From Lama guanicoe (Eukaryota): a stretch of DNA of 64,000 nt. This document shows, one piece after another, positions 1 to 12,900 of this stretch. A program made the position numbers and the translations under genes. The first letter of the stretch is position 1; each line of letters starts with the position of its first letter. The notes under the pieces were generated by a model, which made no database searches, was not told where the DNA came from, and worked only from the letters and a program-made list of their open reading frames with translations. The stretch is from assembly GCA_013239625.1 (NCBI GenBank), contig MU053431.1:1330485-1394484 (forward strand), given 5' to 3'.

Positions 1-1715
1 CTTCTGGAACAGTATCAAAATGACTACATTTGTGTAATCAAAATCACAAAAAAAGGAGGAAAGGAAGAATAGGCCAAGAAAGAGTATTTGAAGAAATAGT
101 TTCTGTAATTTTCTGTATTTGGTGAAAGCCGTAAGTTTTACATACTTGAGAAAGTTCCATGATCCTCAACTCAAAGCCAAAGAAAACTGTGCATAGTCAA
201 ATTGCTGGAGCCAGGCGGAAAGAGGAAACCGCAGAAGTAGCTGTAGGTACACAGCACGTCTCTCGTGCGGAACGGTGAACTGACACTGCTGACTTCTCAC
301 CTGGGACTATGGAAGCCAGAAGAGAGTGGATCAACACCTTCAAAGACTGAAAGAAACCCTTTTGTAGGATGTCAAACTTTCAAACTATCTTCCCAGAATG
401 GGGATAAATAAAGATATTTTACTAAAAAAGAAAATTAAGAGAAGTCATCACCAGCAGACTTGAATGACAAGAAATGCTGAAGGAAACCCTTCAGGCTGAA
501 GGAAAACGATACCAGATGGAAACACGATCATGAGAGAAGGGAGAACAGCAGAGGTGGTAGCTCCCTGAACTGAAAGAAGAATTCTTTCCTCTTAGTGTCT
601 CTAAACGTCGTATGTCTCTTTAAGGCAGAAACCGTTACATTGAATTGCGGGGTTTTATTATATGCAGATATAATGTAGCAAAATGACAGCCAAAAAGAAG
701 ACTTACCATAGGGAAAGAGTTCTGTATTTTATATGAATTGGTAATGTTGACTCAAGACTGAAAAGTGAAGGATGTGGATTGTAATCCCTAAAGCAACCAC
801 TTAAAAAATTAACACAAAGGGGCACAGCTAAAAATTCAACTGATAAACTAAAATGGAATGCTGAAAAATAACCCAGGTAACCCTAAAGAGAACCTTTTAG
901 AAGGAACAAACGTAGAACTAACAGGTGACAGACCTCAGTCTCGCCCACTTAATCATAGTAAATGTCAAGCATTAAGCAGTTCAATTAAAAAGACAGAAAA
1001 GCAGCTCTCCCCATGCTACTTTTGAGAGGCGCGTCAAAAAAATATACACAAACATCGTGCGAACAGTAAGCTTAACGAGGCTGAAGTGGCTGTATTACCA
1101 TCAGATAAAACGGACCTCCACACAGTGCTGTCGGAGATAAAAAAGGACACTGCACAGTGGAAAATGGTAAACTCCTCAAGACAGAAACAATAAATTGGTA
1201 TGTGCCTCATAGCTTCAAAATACGTAAAGTAAAAATTGAAAGAATTAAACAGAGAAATAGGTAATTCAGCAATCATTGCTGGAGATTTTAACACTTTCCA
1301 AACAAAAGGGCAAAAAACTCAGGTTGAATGACACTGTGAACTGTCCTGGCCGGATATTTATCAAACACTGCACCCAACACATTCTTTTCTATTGCACACA
1401 GTACATTCAGCACGATACTCCAAACTCTGGGCCATAAAGTAAGTCTCAACAAACTTAAAAGGACTGAACTCATGAAGAATATGTTCTCTGATTACATTGG
1501 ATTAAATTAAAGTCAATAACAACATGATGAAAACGCCAAATATTTGGAAATATCTAAGTAACCCAACGGGTCAAAAAAAATCATAAGGGAAATTCAAACA
1601 TTTGAATGTGAACTGAATGTTACTTAAAAAGCAACATACCAAAATGGGTGAGCTGCAAGTATAGCAATGCACAGAGGGAGCTTTAGTTTATAATGCTTAT
1701 TTTAGAACTTGAGCA

Positions 1716-1850
1716 GGGAGGGTATAGTTCGGTAGTAGAGGGCATGCTTAGCATGCACAGGTCCTGGGTTCAATCCCCAGCACCTCCATTAAAATAAATA
1801 AATAAATAAACCTAATCACCTCCCCTTCCCCCCAAAAAGAAAAAAAAATT
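1716..1850 (+). mobile_element. tRNA-derived SINE (Vic-1-like, camelid)
   Basis: GGGAGGGTATAG..A box..GGTTCAATCCC B box, (AAAT)n, CCTAATCACCTCCCC, A tail. Confidence 0.8.
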
Positions 1851-1971
1851 AAAAAGAAAGAAAGGAAGGAAAGGAAGGAAGGAAGGAAAGAAAGAGAAAG
1901 AAAAAGAAAGAAAAGAAAGAAAGAAAGAAAGAAAGAGAAAGAAAGAAAAGAAAAGAAAAGAAAGAAAGAAA
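1851..1971 (+). repeat. (GAAA/GGAA)n purine microsatellite grown from the SINE tail
   Basis: 121 nt of A/G only. Confidence 0.95.
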
Positions 1972-3249
1972 TTGACATGCTAATTCCAAAATTCATATGA
2001 AAATAGAGAAGGTCAAATATAGCCAAGGGAAGCTTGAAGAAGAACAGCACAGGAGGACTTACACTACCAGATAGCATGACTATTACAGTAATTAAAACGG
2101 AGGGGTACTGGTGCAAGAGCAGATAAATAGACCAATTGAATAGAGAGTCCAGAAGAAGACTCACATATGTACAGTCAACCTATTTATGACCAAATGGACA
2201 ATGGCTTGTAGCAGGGAAAAGATAGACTTTTCAACAATTGGTTCTGGGTCAACTGGCTACCCATAAGGTTGAAAAATAAATCTTGACCCAGACCACGCAC
2301 CAAACAGAAAAACCAATTCCAGCTGAAATGAAGATCTAAATGTGAAAAGTAGACTAATAAACTCGTAGAAGGAAACACGTCTAATCTTGGCGTAAGTAAA
2401 GATCTTTTGAAAATAAGCACAAAAAGTGCTAAGCACTCTAAAGGAAAAAATTAATAAGTTGGTCTACACGGAGAGGTTCTCATCAAAAGACCCCATCAAA
2501 AGAAAGGCGAGGCAGCCCTCAGAGTGAGAGAAGCTGTGTGAGACGCAGAAACAGGGGCACATCACTTCTGATGGGTGGAGAGGGTGACGGGGGCGCACCA
2601 GGTGCCCAGGCTCACCAGGCTCTAGGGAAAGGCTAACCACAGCCCCTGTGGGCCCCCAGACAGACTGGTCTCAAAAGGGCCATACTACCCAGTCGGCAAG
2701 AAAGAGGAGCACCTGCTGGTGAGCGTGGACGTTGGTTCCACTACCTCGGAAACGGGCAGTTTCTGCTCAGCCTCGGGCCCAGGAGCTCTCCTCCGTGTCT
2801 ACCCGACAGAAGCCAGCCCTCTGTGCTGGGCAGTGCCAGAGCCATCCAAGCAGTGCTGTCCCTAATCACCCCAAACTGGAAACAGCCTAGACTCCCATCA
2901 CCAGTGAAATGGGTAAACAAATGGCGGTCCAGTCATTCAGTGGCATTAAATGGTGTGTTTGGCTTGAGAGAATGTGTTGATGTGTGTAGTTTTTTTTTGT
3001 AAATGTCACACTCGAGTGGAAGTCAATGAGGAGATATGTCAGGCTCTGTGCACACTCAGCTTTCTGAGCTGGGAGCCCAAAACATACCCCTCATTCTCTA
3101 AGGGAAGGAAACTGGAGCCCAGCCATGGCAAGTGACGTGCTGAGGCCACCAGGGAATGGAAGAACGTGCGCCAGAGCCCTGATTTCCTGAATTCCCAGCC
3201 AGGGCTCTCCCCAACACAGCAATCTGCTCTCACCAAATCCTTCTCTTTT

Positions 3250-3905
3250 TCTCCTAGTTGTGGGAAAAAAAACACATACATAAAATTTACCACCTTAACC
3301 AACTTTTGTCTGTTTTTTCTTTTGCTTTGTTTTTTAGGGGAGGTAGTTAGGTTTATTTATTTACTTTAATGGGAGTACTGGAGATTGAACCAGGACCCGT
3401 GCACGCTGAGCACGCGCTCCACCACTGAGCTGCACCCTCCCCGCTGCCGTCTTAACTGGTTTTAAGTGTGCAGTTCAGTGCTGTTGGGGATATTCGTGTT
3501 GCACCAAAGAGCTCCAGACAGTTCCCTCTCTTCAAACTGAAACTCTGCACCCATTAAACAACTTCCCCTCCCCCAGCTTCTGGTGACCACCATTATACTT
3601 TCTTTTTCTGTGATTTTTGAGTGACTTTAGGTGCTTCACATGTGTGGACTCATAGCATTTGTGTCTGGCTTATTTCGTTGGTTCATCCATGCTGTAGCAC
3701 ACTGCAGGAGCTCCTTCCTTTTTAAAGCTGAATGATATTCCAGTGTTTGGATAGACCACATTTCACTTAAGCATTCATCCGTCAGCAGACACTTGGGTTG
3801 TTTCCACCTCTTGGCTATTGTGAATAATGCTGCTATGAATGTGGGTGTGCAAATATCTCTTCAGGCCCCTGCTTTCAGTTCTTTTGGATAAATACCCGTA
3901 GTGGT
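3250..3905 (-). mobile_element. L1MB-type 3' end fragment
   Basis: ttttaagtgtgcagttcagtg...ttggctattgtgaataatgctgctatgaa. Confidence 0.85.
3304..3442 (-). mobile_element. Vic-1-like SINE inserted in the L1MB fragment
   Basis: Reverse complement of the SINE at 1716; decayed duplication cc..cttaac...tttt on both sides. Confidence 0.8.
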
Positions 3906-5599
3906 CTCATCAACATTCTTAAGTCATTTTATACTTACAGGTTTTATCACCTCAACTAAACTGGAGGCCCTAGAAGTCAGGGATCAATTATCCAATTCAG
4001 TTTTGGTTAGTGTTTAACAATGATCCTCCTAAGGCAGGGAACCCCTGATTTGTAGCATTTTCCAGCATTCCCGGTGCACAGACCAAGGAGATGCTTGGTG
4101 CTGGAAACTGGGCCCTGCTTGAAAGTGTCCAGAGCAGTTGGACCCTGAGTTGCTACCCCTGCCCTCCCCCTGCTGAACTGAAGCCGAAGACCCCCCAGAC
4201 TCAGGGACAGGAACCCAGCAAGGTGGGAGCAGGGGTGGACTGGGTGACGCGTTCTCCACTGAAGAAGGCTCCCTGGGCTTAGAGGTGCTGGTTGTGCTCT
4301 GCTTCTTAGGTTGGATGGCGGGTACCTGGGCGCTCACTTTCTTATTATTGGTGAAAAGATGCATGTGATAGATACACTCTTCTACACGCATGAGACATTT
4401 AGCATTTAAAAAGTAAAAACCACTCACATGCACGTGCAGACCCACGAGGTGCACACACCTGCACAAGTGTGCATTCAGATGCACCCAGCCTCTCTCCAGG
4501 AGTTCCGTCTGCAGGTGTGGGTGGGACCTGCATTCTGACAAGATCATTTAAATGATTCTCCCACCCGTGGAGGTTAAGACTGGCTGCTCTAATACAAAAG
4601 ATGCTGGTGCTCCCCATGTCTTCCCTCAGATTCCATGAAGTGGGGGAATAATTGAAATGAGTCATTTGCTCTTTTCTCGGGAAGCCAAAGTGAATAAGTA
4701 GCACGTGCAGAATGAGGTTAGAGGTCATGAACAAGCCTGTGAACCTCATCTTTGGGGAAGGCACACATTAAAACCTCTCCCAAATTCATGCCAATGTGCA
4801 TTTTAACAGCCATATTCTATCACAATTGGCAGTGTCATTCAGAAAGTTGGCAAAATGAACATCCTGCCCCAAGAACCAACGTGCTATTTTTCTAAAGCTT
4901 AGAAAACAGAAAAACAGCCCAATTCTAGAGTGGAAAGGTGGACTCCTCTCACTAGGAGACACCTTGCTGGCTCTCTGTGATGAACCTGAGTTGCATGAGA
5001 AAGAACCAAAGCACAAACTTGAGACCTAATACAGACAACCTGGAGACCGAGAGGGAGTGCCTACCCCCAGCCCTAGACTCAGATCCCCAGGAGCAAGCCG
5101 ACCTGAGCCTCCAGAAACCAGCTTCAGACCTCAGTGCTGGCCACTGCCCTGGGACTCAGGGCGCCCCAGGAACAGCCCGGAATCGCAAAGGCCAGGAAAG
5201 GTGACAGGACCCTTGGGGTTTCCTTCTCCTCTATGCTAGTTCTGCAGTTTCCACATTTTCTTGAATGGATGTGTTGTTCTTTTATAATTTAAAAAAAAAG
5301 AGAGAGAGAAGCATGATTTTTGCTTGATTTTTCATCTTTTAACTTGTTCTTTTTTTTCTTTTTCAGTTTCATTAAGTAGAATTGTTACAGTTTGACTGCA
5401 CAGGGTTCTCCTGTGTGGGGGGATGCTCTCCCTCAGCTGTAGGGGAGGCTCACCTGTGCTGTTGCGACTCTGCAGATGGTCTGTGCTCTCGGCTGCAGTG
5501 TCCCACAGCTGAACACACACAGATACGTATCTACTCTTCAGATGGTTGGCATGGGGGCTCCAGTTTGGGGCTGTTATGAAGAATGCTGCTCTGAACATA

Positions 5600-5751
5600 T
5601 ATTCTGAAAACTACAATACATTGTTGAAAGAAATTAAAGAAGACCTAAATAAACCAGAAACTAACACAACATTGTAAACCAACTATACTTGTTAGGGGAA
5701 AGAAAGAAAGAAGGAAGGAAGGAAGGAAGGAAGGAAGGAAGGAAGGAAGGA

Positions 5752-5794
<43 letters not shown>

Positions 5795-6890
5795 GAAGGA
5801 AGGAAGGAAGAAAGAAGAAAGAAAGGAGGGAGGGAGGGAAGGAAGGAAGGAAGAAAGAAAGAAAGAAAGAAAGGAAGGAAGGAAGAAAGAAAGAAGAAAG
5901 AAAGGAGGGAGGGAGGGAGGGAAGGAAGGAAGGAAGGAAGAAAGAAAGAAAGAAAGAAAGGAAGGAAGGAAGGAAGGAAGAGAGAGAGAGAAGAAAAGAA
6001 AGAGAGAAAGAAAGAAGGAAAGAAAGATATCCCATGTTCATGGATGGGAAGACTGAATATTGTTAAGATGGTGATGCTCCCCAAATTGATACTTATTTGC
6101 ATCTTCCTGATAGCACTGGCATATCAGATTCAGTACAGTCCTTATCCCAGCTAGCTTCTTTGCAGAAATTGACAAACCAATCCTTAAGTTCATGTGAGAA
6201 ATTCAAGAGACTTAAAATAGCCAAAACAATCTTGAAAAAGAAGAACAAAGTTGGAGGACTCACACTTACCAACTTCAAACTTACTGCAAAACTACAGTAA
6301 TCAAGACAGAGTGGCACTGACACACGGACAGACATATAGACCGATGGATTCGAATAGAGAGCCTAGAAATAAACTCTCACAGACGTAGTCAGATGATTTT
6401 TAAGAAGGGTGCCATGACGATTCAATGAGGAAAGGACACTTTTTTCAACAAGTGGTGCTGGGAACACTGGATACCCACATACAAAGGAGTGGAGCTAGAC
6501 CCTCTCTTACACTAGACATAAAAATTAACTCAAAATTGATCAAAGACCTAAGTGTGAGGGCAAAAACTGTAAAACTCTTAGAAGAAAACAGAGGTAGAGA
6601 CCTTGGATTAAGCGATGGCTTTTCTGATAGGACACCAAAAGGACAAACAACAAAAGCGAAAAAGATACATTAGACATCATCAAAATTTAAAACATTTGTG
6701 CTTCATAAGATAATGTCAAGAAAATGAGAAGACAACTGACAGAAAGAAAACGTTCACATCATACCGAGAAGGGACTTGCACCTAGAATATGTAAACTCTC
6801 ACAGCTCAGTAATAAAAAGACAAACAACCCAAGTTAAGCTGGGCAAAGGATCTGAACAGACATTTCTCCAAGGGCGGTACCCCAATGACC
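5600..6890 (+). mobile_element. LINE-1 ORF2 3' region relic
   Basis: Translation IAKTILKKKNKVGGLTLTNFKL resembles L1 ORF2p; interrupted at 5654-6027. Confidence 0.88.
5694..6027 (+). repeat. Compound (GGAA)n/(GAAA)n/(GGGA)n polypurine tract
   Basis: 334 nt with no pyrimidine, preceded by a short L1 3' tail (ctaacacaacattgtaaaccaactatactt). Confidence 0.97.
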
Positions 6891-6899
6891 TGTGCGAGA

Positions 6900-8000
6900 T
6901 GGGCGGACGCTCAGCTTCCAGGGGGCCCGAGCTCCCAGAAGGGGTCTTCCTGAGTGGGTGTGTCACTCCCACAGCACGGCCCAAGGCGACAAGCTGAGGG
7001 CTTTCCTTGGAAGGGATGGATTCCACAAATACTGGCACCCTCTCTCTGCAGGTGCAGAGATGTGTGGTCAGGTCCCCTCCAGGAGAGGACTGCCGCCCAG
7101 CCACAAGGAGCTTGGGCGTTAGTTCCATGCCCAGGTCACACTCCTCTCGGGTTATCCCCACTACTGCTGGCAAGGCAGTGGCACGAGGACAGCTACCTCT
7201 GCCCCACAGGGAACCCCTCCAATGGTCAGCGTGCTCCAGAGCTGCCCACGGGGCTGGCACACCACAGACCGCGGTCCTTCCTGCCCAGTCTTGCTGCCTC
7301 CCCTTTTCCTCTTGAAGGTCCTTCTTGCCAAGAAACCTTCACCTTCCCAACTCCACCTCAGCACCTGCTTCCTGGAGAACCAGGAGGGACCAGGACAGGG
7401 CAGTCCAGAAAGCAGACAGTGAGATGGATCTGCGGACTGGGTCACTCAGCACCCGGCCAGTGAGGAGAGCTCCAGCCCGGGTGAGGGGTGGTGCACGCAG
7501 CCTCATCCAGGGCCCACGTGCTAACACGGCCCCCGGGGGAGGACTGGGGAGAAGGAGCCGGCAGGGCGGCTGGTGCGGGGGCTGACCTGGCCGGCAGCCC
7601 GCCCAGGAGTCCGCCCAGCGTTGTGATTCAGACTGATTCAGTTGTGTGGCCAGTAGAGGAGGGAGGAGTGGAACCGAGGCTGTTAATAAGTCGCATTGAC
7701 TGAGAGACGATAATGAGCAGCTGAGGGCAATCCAGCAACTGCGCTCTGAGGGGGAGAGCCGGCCAGGCTCACCAGCAGCTTCAGAGAAGCCCTTGTCTTG
7801 GGCGGAAGAGCAGGAAAGACTCAAGTTCAACTGCAGGTGTGACCGCCAGAGTGGCTGAACTTCACAGACTCAGCTCAGCTGAGGCAGGACCGTTAGGCTG
7901 TCAGGACACTGGCTGAGCCACCGGGGTCCCCCAGGGGTGGGGTCCTGAAGGCGTGCAAGCAGAATTTGACTCCTCAGAGCCCTCACCCATCTGAGCCTCC
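6900..8000 (+). mobile_element. ERVL relic (LTR16-like LTR end plus ERV3-16A3-like internal/gag piece)
   Basis: aactccacctcagcacctgcttcctggagaacc followed by gtccagaaagcagacagtgagatgg and gag-like agagtggctgaactt; recalled resemblance only. Confidence 0.5.
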
Positions 8001-8687
8001 TCAGCAGGAGCCAGCCCGCGGAATTTCCTCCCTGGAGAGACTACAGGTGCCGGTGCCCACACCCTCTCGGGGCCACCAGGCCTGTAACCAGAATTGTCAC
8101 AGCATAGCGGGCCCATCCTGGAGGAAAGGGTCTGACCCCCAGGGAGCTGCACAGCTCAGCCAAGCATCTCTCACCAAGATGGGGAGGAGGGGGAACCTGT
8201 GCGGTCAGATTCCGAGTGTGCTCCCCGCTCCCCACGCCGTGGTGATCCCGGCAGGGCTGTTATTGTGAGTGGACAGAGCAGCTGCCTCAGCCTGAGGCGG
8301 AACGGTCATCAGGGGCTCAGATCCTCCAGAATGAGGGCGTGGGTCACACCGCCAGGTAGGCCCCAAAGACCTGCAGAGGTGACAGCCGAGGAAGGTGTAG
8401 GTTGAGAGTGGAGAAGGGAGTGAGCACCGGCTGAGGCCTCTGGTTCAGCTGGAGGGATGGGGGCTCGGCCAGCTAACTCCCTCTTCTAAGTCTCCCCCAG
8501 GGAGAGGGGCTGGGGTACCCCTGGAGGAGCCCCGCCATGTGCAAGGGAGGGGCTCTGTGGGCACGCAGACCCTTCTTACAAAGAGACTCTCCGCCCGGCA
8601 CAAGAGTGCTGCTGCCTGCGGCCGTGAAAGCCTTAGGGTCCACCTCAGATCTCCCTGCAGAAATGAGAATGCGCGGTCTGCATCCTG

Positions 8688-9007
8688 CAGGCATGCCGTT
8701 TCATTTTTCTTTGGTTTATTGTGCCTCGTAGATATTACATCTTTTACACATTGAAGTTTTGTGGCAACCCTGCATTTAACAAGTCTTTCAGTGCCATTTT
8801 TCCAACAGCATTATTTTAAAATTAAGGTAACCATGTATTTTCGGACATAATGCCATCGCACACTTAGGACACTACAGGAAGGTGTAAACATAACTTTCAT
8901 ATGCACTGGGAGACCAAAAAAATTTGTGTAAAAACTTGCTTTATTGTGATATCTGCTTTATTGCAGTGGTCTGGAGCAGAGCCGGAAATATCTCCAAGTT
9001 GTGCCTG
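8688..9007 (+). mobile_element. Tigger1-derived non-autonomous DNA transposon
   Basis: Termini CAGGCATGCC...GTGCCTG; internal ttgaagttttgtggcaaccctgc and ctttattgcagtggtctgga. Confidence 0.85.
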
Positions 9008-9364
9008 CACCAGGGCGGGGTGGTGACAATAGGCCTGAACACCTGGAGCTGTAGGTTATGGGGACCCGGCGCGCCATGTGACTGGCCAGGATAAAAGGCT
9101 GGCCATGCGCACAGCAAGCTCAGCACAGCTCTCCCCGGGGCGGGCTGCCAGGCCTCTCCCAGCGCCTGTCCTAAAAGAAGCCTCTACCTGCCCTGCTCAT
9201 CTGAGTGTGGAAGCGGCCCCTCGGGCGGCTGCAGAGAGGAGTGGACGCCTGGCGCTGACGTCCCCATCGGAGCAGGGAAATGCTTTTCTTCCCTGAATGG
9301 AGGAACAGCCTGCTGAGATGTGGATGCCTTGTCCCCAGATAGCATCACAAGAGGACCAGGCTCC

Positions 9365-9950
9365 CCCGACTCGTTGCTGTGGGGACAGAAAGTGGTGCAG
9401 CCTCTGGAACACAGCCTGGTGGCTTCTCCCAATGTTAAACAGACTCGCCAGAGGAACAAGCACCCCGCTCCTCGGTGTATTCCAGGGAAACGAGAGCACA
9501 CCTCCACGCAACACCGTGTGCGCTGCGTTTATAGCAGCGTTACTCATAGCAGCTGAAAAGTGGAAACAACCCGCATGCCCGTCTGCTGATGGACACATAC
9601 GCGGCACCGTACAATGGACTATCACTGAGCTACAGAAAGGAGTGAAGTAGGGATACACACTGCCACCTGGAGAGCCTTGAAAGCATGCATAAACCTGTGC
9701 AGAGTGACGGGCAGTCACAGGAGCCGCACAGTGTAGGGAGCCATGGGTGGGGGGGTCTGCCAAGGTCTCAGCGGATGGGGTGGGGAGGAGTGACTGTTAA
9801 GGGTGACAGGGTCTCGGGGGTAGTGATGAGAATGTTCCAGAATTACACAGTGGTGGCAGCTGCACCACTCTGTGACTATACTAAACACCACTGGACAGAA
9901 TACCATAAATGGCTGCATATTATAGTATGTAAATAACGCCTCAATAACTC
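9365..9950 (+). mobile_element. L1MB/MC-type 3'UTR fragment
   Basis: gtttatagcagcgttactcatagcagctgaaaagtggaaacaaccc...gatgagaatgttccagaatt. Confidence 0.8.
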
Positions 9951-12900
9951 TGCCAGACAAATAAATGAACAAAGCCCGAGCTCCAGCCCAGCCCAGCCCA
10001 GCATGGAGAGGCTCCACCAGGCCTGGCAAATGCCATCTTTACAGACACTGCCCCGACCCTGGGAGCCTCCGAAGGCAAACACGGTTCTCATGCTCAGTGC
10101 CTGGAAAAGACGTATGGGTGACAGGAGCCATGGGAAACGTGTTTCCAGTGCTGGCTGCCCCATCCGGCTGCTGGCACTGCCTGGAAAGGGTGGAAGCAGC
10201 CCTGGACCAAGAGGCCATCTTCCTGGAGCAGAGCCCCTTCTCAGCCCGGCCCACACACAGCCTCCCGCCCCCTGTTGTGTGCAGCACAGCGAGCCTCTGC
10301 CTGGGTGCCTACTGGGTGCCCGCTGGGTGCCCAGGCTCCAGATGCACATGACTTCTTGCCATCAAGCCTTTGCGTTCAGGGGGTTAAGGCAGCCGCAGAA
10401 AGAAAGGCTGATGGTTTAACAACTGGGACCTTCATGCAAGCAAAAACATCGACATGCCGGGCAGGATGTTCTCTGTCCACACACTCCAGCCCCTCGCCAG
10501 GTGGTGAGAATGTCAGAACATGGACCAGGGACCCTCAAGTTGGCTCTGAGCACTGCCCAGTGATGGAGGCTTTCTGAGGGCTGGATCGGTTCTGCCATCT
10601 CCACCACTTCTTTATTTACTCGACTTCATTCTTGGGCTGCGGTTCCACCAGGCCAGGGCCCGTGGACCATCAGGCAGGTGCACAGACAGGTGCCCAGGCT
10701 TGGAGCAGACTTGGAGTTCACACCCTAGGATGTTTCCCAGGTAGGCCTGTGGGTTACCATGGCAACTCCCTGGGACGCCTCCTGCATCCTTTGCCTGGGA
10801 TCAAGAGAGGAGAAGATGCCAGAGGAGAGTGCCCTGAAGAAGCAACTCTCCTCCCCACGCCCGAGCAAAGAAATGCTACCTGGTCTCTCCCCCAGGGCTG
10901 AGCAGGGAGGGCCGAAGCCAAGTGTCTGGGTCGGCCGCTGGAGACTGGGATTGGAATCCCAACCCTGCCACTCACAGGCTGTGAGGCCCTGACAGAGCAC
11001 CCAGCCCAGGAGCCCAGAGGTCTCTCCACCTCTGAAGGGGCAGCGTCACAGCTCCGAGGGCTGGGAAGGGGAGCTGGGGAGCATGCGTGGCTGAGCGGCT
11101 CTGGGGCTGGCACAGAGCGGGGCTCCGGGCACTCTGGCTGTCCTGGCCACTTGATGGTGAGTCGGCCCGGAACAGGCCTCCCAGTGGTTCCCACTGTCCA
11201 AGCGCAACGCACGGGCACACAAGCGCCTGAGGCGCGAGTGCACGGCCTGACGGGTTTCCGCAGGCAGAATGCACCGCGGAATGGGCGCCCACGCCAGGCC
11301 CTGAAGGCCGCTCCCTGCCCGGGCCCCTTCCAGCCATTAGGCCCAAGTAATGGCCATCCTGCTCACCAAACAGCGTGTGGCCTTTTGCTGGCCTGTGCCT
11401 CCATACAGTACAGGGGGTCCGCAGGCGTCCCTGCTGGTGTGGGTGGCGGAGCTGAGCCCTCAGCACTGACCTCGCCTGCCTGGACGCCTCTTCCCCCGAG
11501 CGAGGTGGTGAGGGAGCCCCAGGCAGAGGGAGGGGTGGGAGGGCCTCGTGGGGTGGTGGGGGGCCCAGCTGGTGATACCGAGGCCAGGGGCACCCAAGCC
11601 TCCCTCCACCCTCCAGCCTGCGGTCACCCCTGGGCCCTAACCACCTTTCCAATCACTCTTCACAGGGAGGGTCCGCGTGCAAGCAGCGGCGGTGACGCTG
11701 TGTGAGGTGTTACAAGGGCCCCTCCCTCACCTCGGCCTGGTGCAAGGAGTCTACTTGCACTTTTCAACCTCGCAGCATCTGACACAGGCCCTGCTCCCCA
11801 TTTTTCATGCTAGAAAGCTGAAGCTGGGGACACTAGGAGAGTACCGCCAGGAGGCTCTGGGGCCAGGATCCCAGCTAGGTCTGCCTGACCAGCCCTGGGA
11901 GCTGAGGGAGGCTAAGGGGTCCCAGGGATGTGCGCCCCCACCCCCCAAGCTGTTCCTGAGCTCGAAAGCTCTCAGTAGGGAGGCCCTTAATTGCCACCAG
12001 CAGAGGAAAGCCAACCAGCCTGCCCATTTTCCTGTTCCCACCATGTCCTCCAAGTTTCTGAGCCCTGCAGGGCAGCCCCAGGGTCCCAGCAGCTCCACTC
12101 ACCACTCCCATCCGGTGGGACCTGGAAAGGTGGGCCACAACTGCTTGGCCAGTCCTAACGCACCTGCCTTCACCTCGCCAGCACTCCTCATCACTCCACC
12201 TTCCCCTGACTTCAGAAGGCTCAGCTGGGCGGGAGGTGGGTGGGGAGGACATGGGGATGGAAGGGGGGAGGAGGAGAGGGAGACAGAAGAGGGGTGAAGG
12301 TGTGGAGAAGGAGAGGAGGGGAGGGAGGTCTGAAGAGGCACCAAATCTCATCCACTGTGCTCACGGGGCCTCCAGGTAAACAGCCGTGCAGGCCCTGGGC
12401 CAGAGGAGAGGCTTTCCCCCAGACTCACAGGGAGGAGAGGCCTCGGAATTCCTGGCTGCACAAGATCAGTTCTGCTCTCCTTCTAGTCCTTACTCCCCCT
12501 GGGCCTCCCAGCCCCCCTTCCCTGCCTGGACGACTCCTCAAAAGTGACACCTTCAAAGCCAGCCCTGTCCCCCACCCAGCCCACCTGTAACCCTCTGCTC
12601 CCCACGCCCTCACTCTCTCCAGGTGGGCAAGGGCTGTCTCCTAGCAGGGCAGACACCTGCCCCTCTTGTGTGCCAGGTCCTGAAGGGGAAGTGGGGACAG
12701 CTGCGGTCCTGCCTCGCTGGCAAGTCCTCATGCTTCAGACCACAGTTTTTGCTTTATCTGCTGCCCACCTCTCAGGTACTAATGTGTCATTGAATCAACT
12801 CTCCTGTTCTGTTTTGCTCCTACTAAGCAATGGCATCAGTGGCCCTGCCTTCTCAGGGGCACAAGTCACAAAGTGGCTTTCTAGGGCGATACGCCCCTCA

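Larger units (their letters stand above)
1..2990 (+). mobile_element. Old degraded LINE-1 (ORF1 3' part, ORF2 pieces, 3'UTR)
   Basis: A-rich + strand with L1-like phrases (tcattgctggagattttaacac, ccaaaattcatatg, ggaggacttacactacca); many stops. Confidence 0.85.

Noticed and set aside
1716..1790. tRNA-like A/B boxes
   Set aside because: SINE head present in four dispersed copies with AT-rich tails, not a tRNA gene
5661..6102. ORFs of ERKK/EGRK or SFLP/FFLS repeats (also 1748-2164)
   Set aside because: Simple translations of GAAA/GGAA microsatellites
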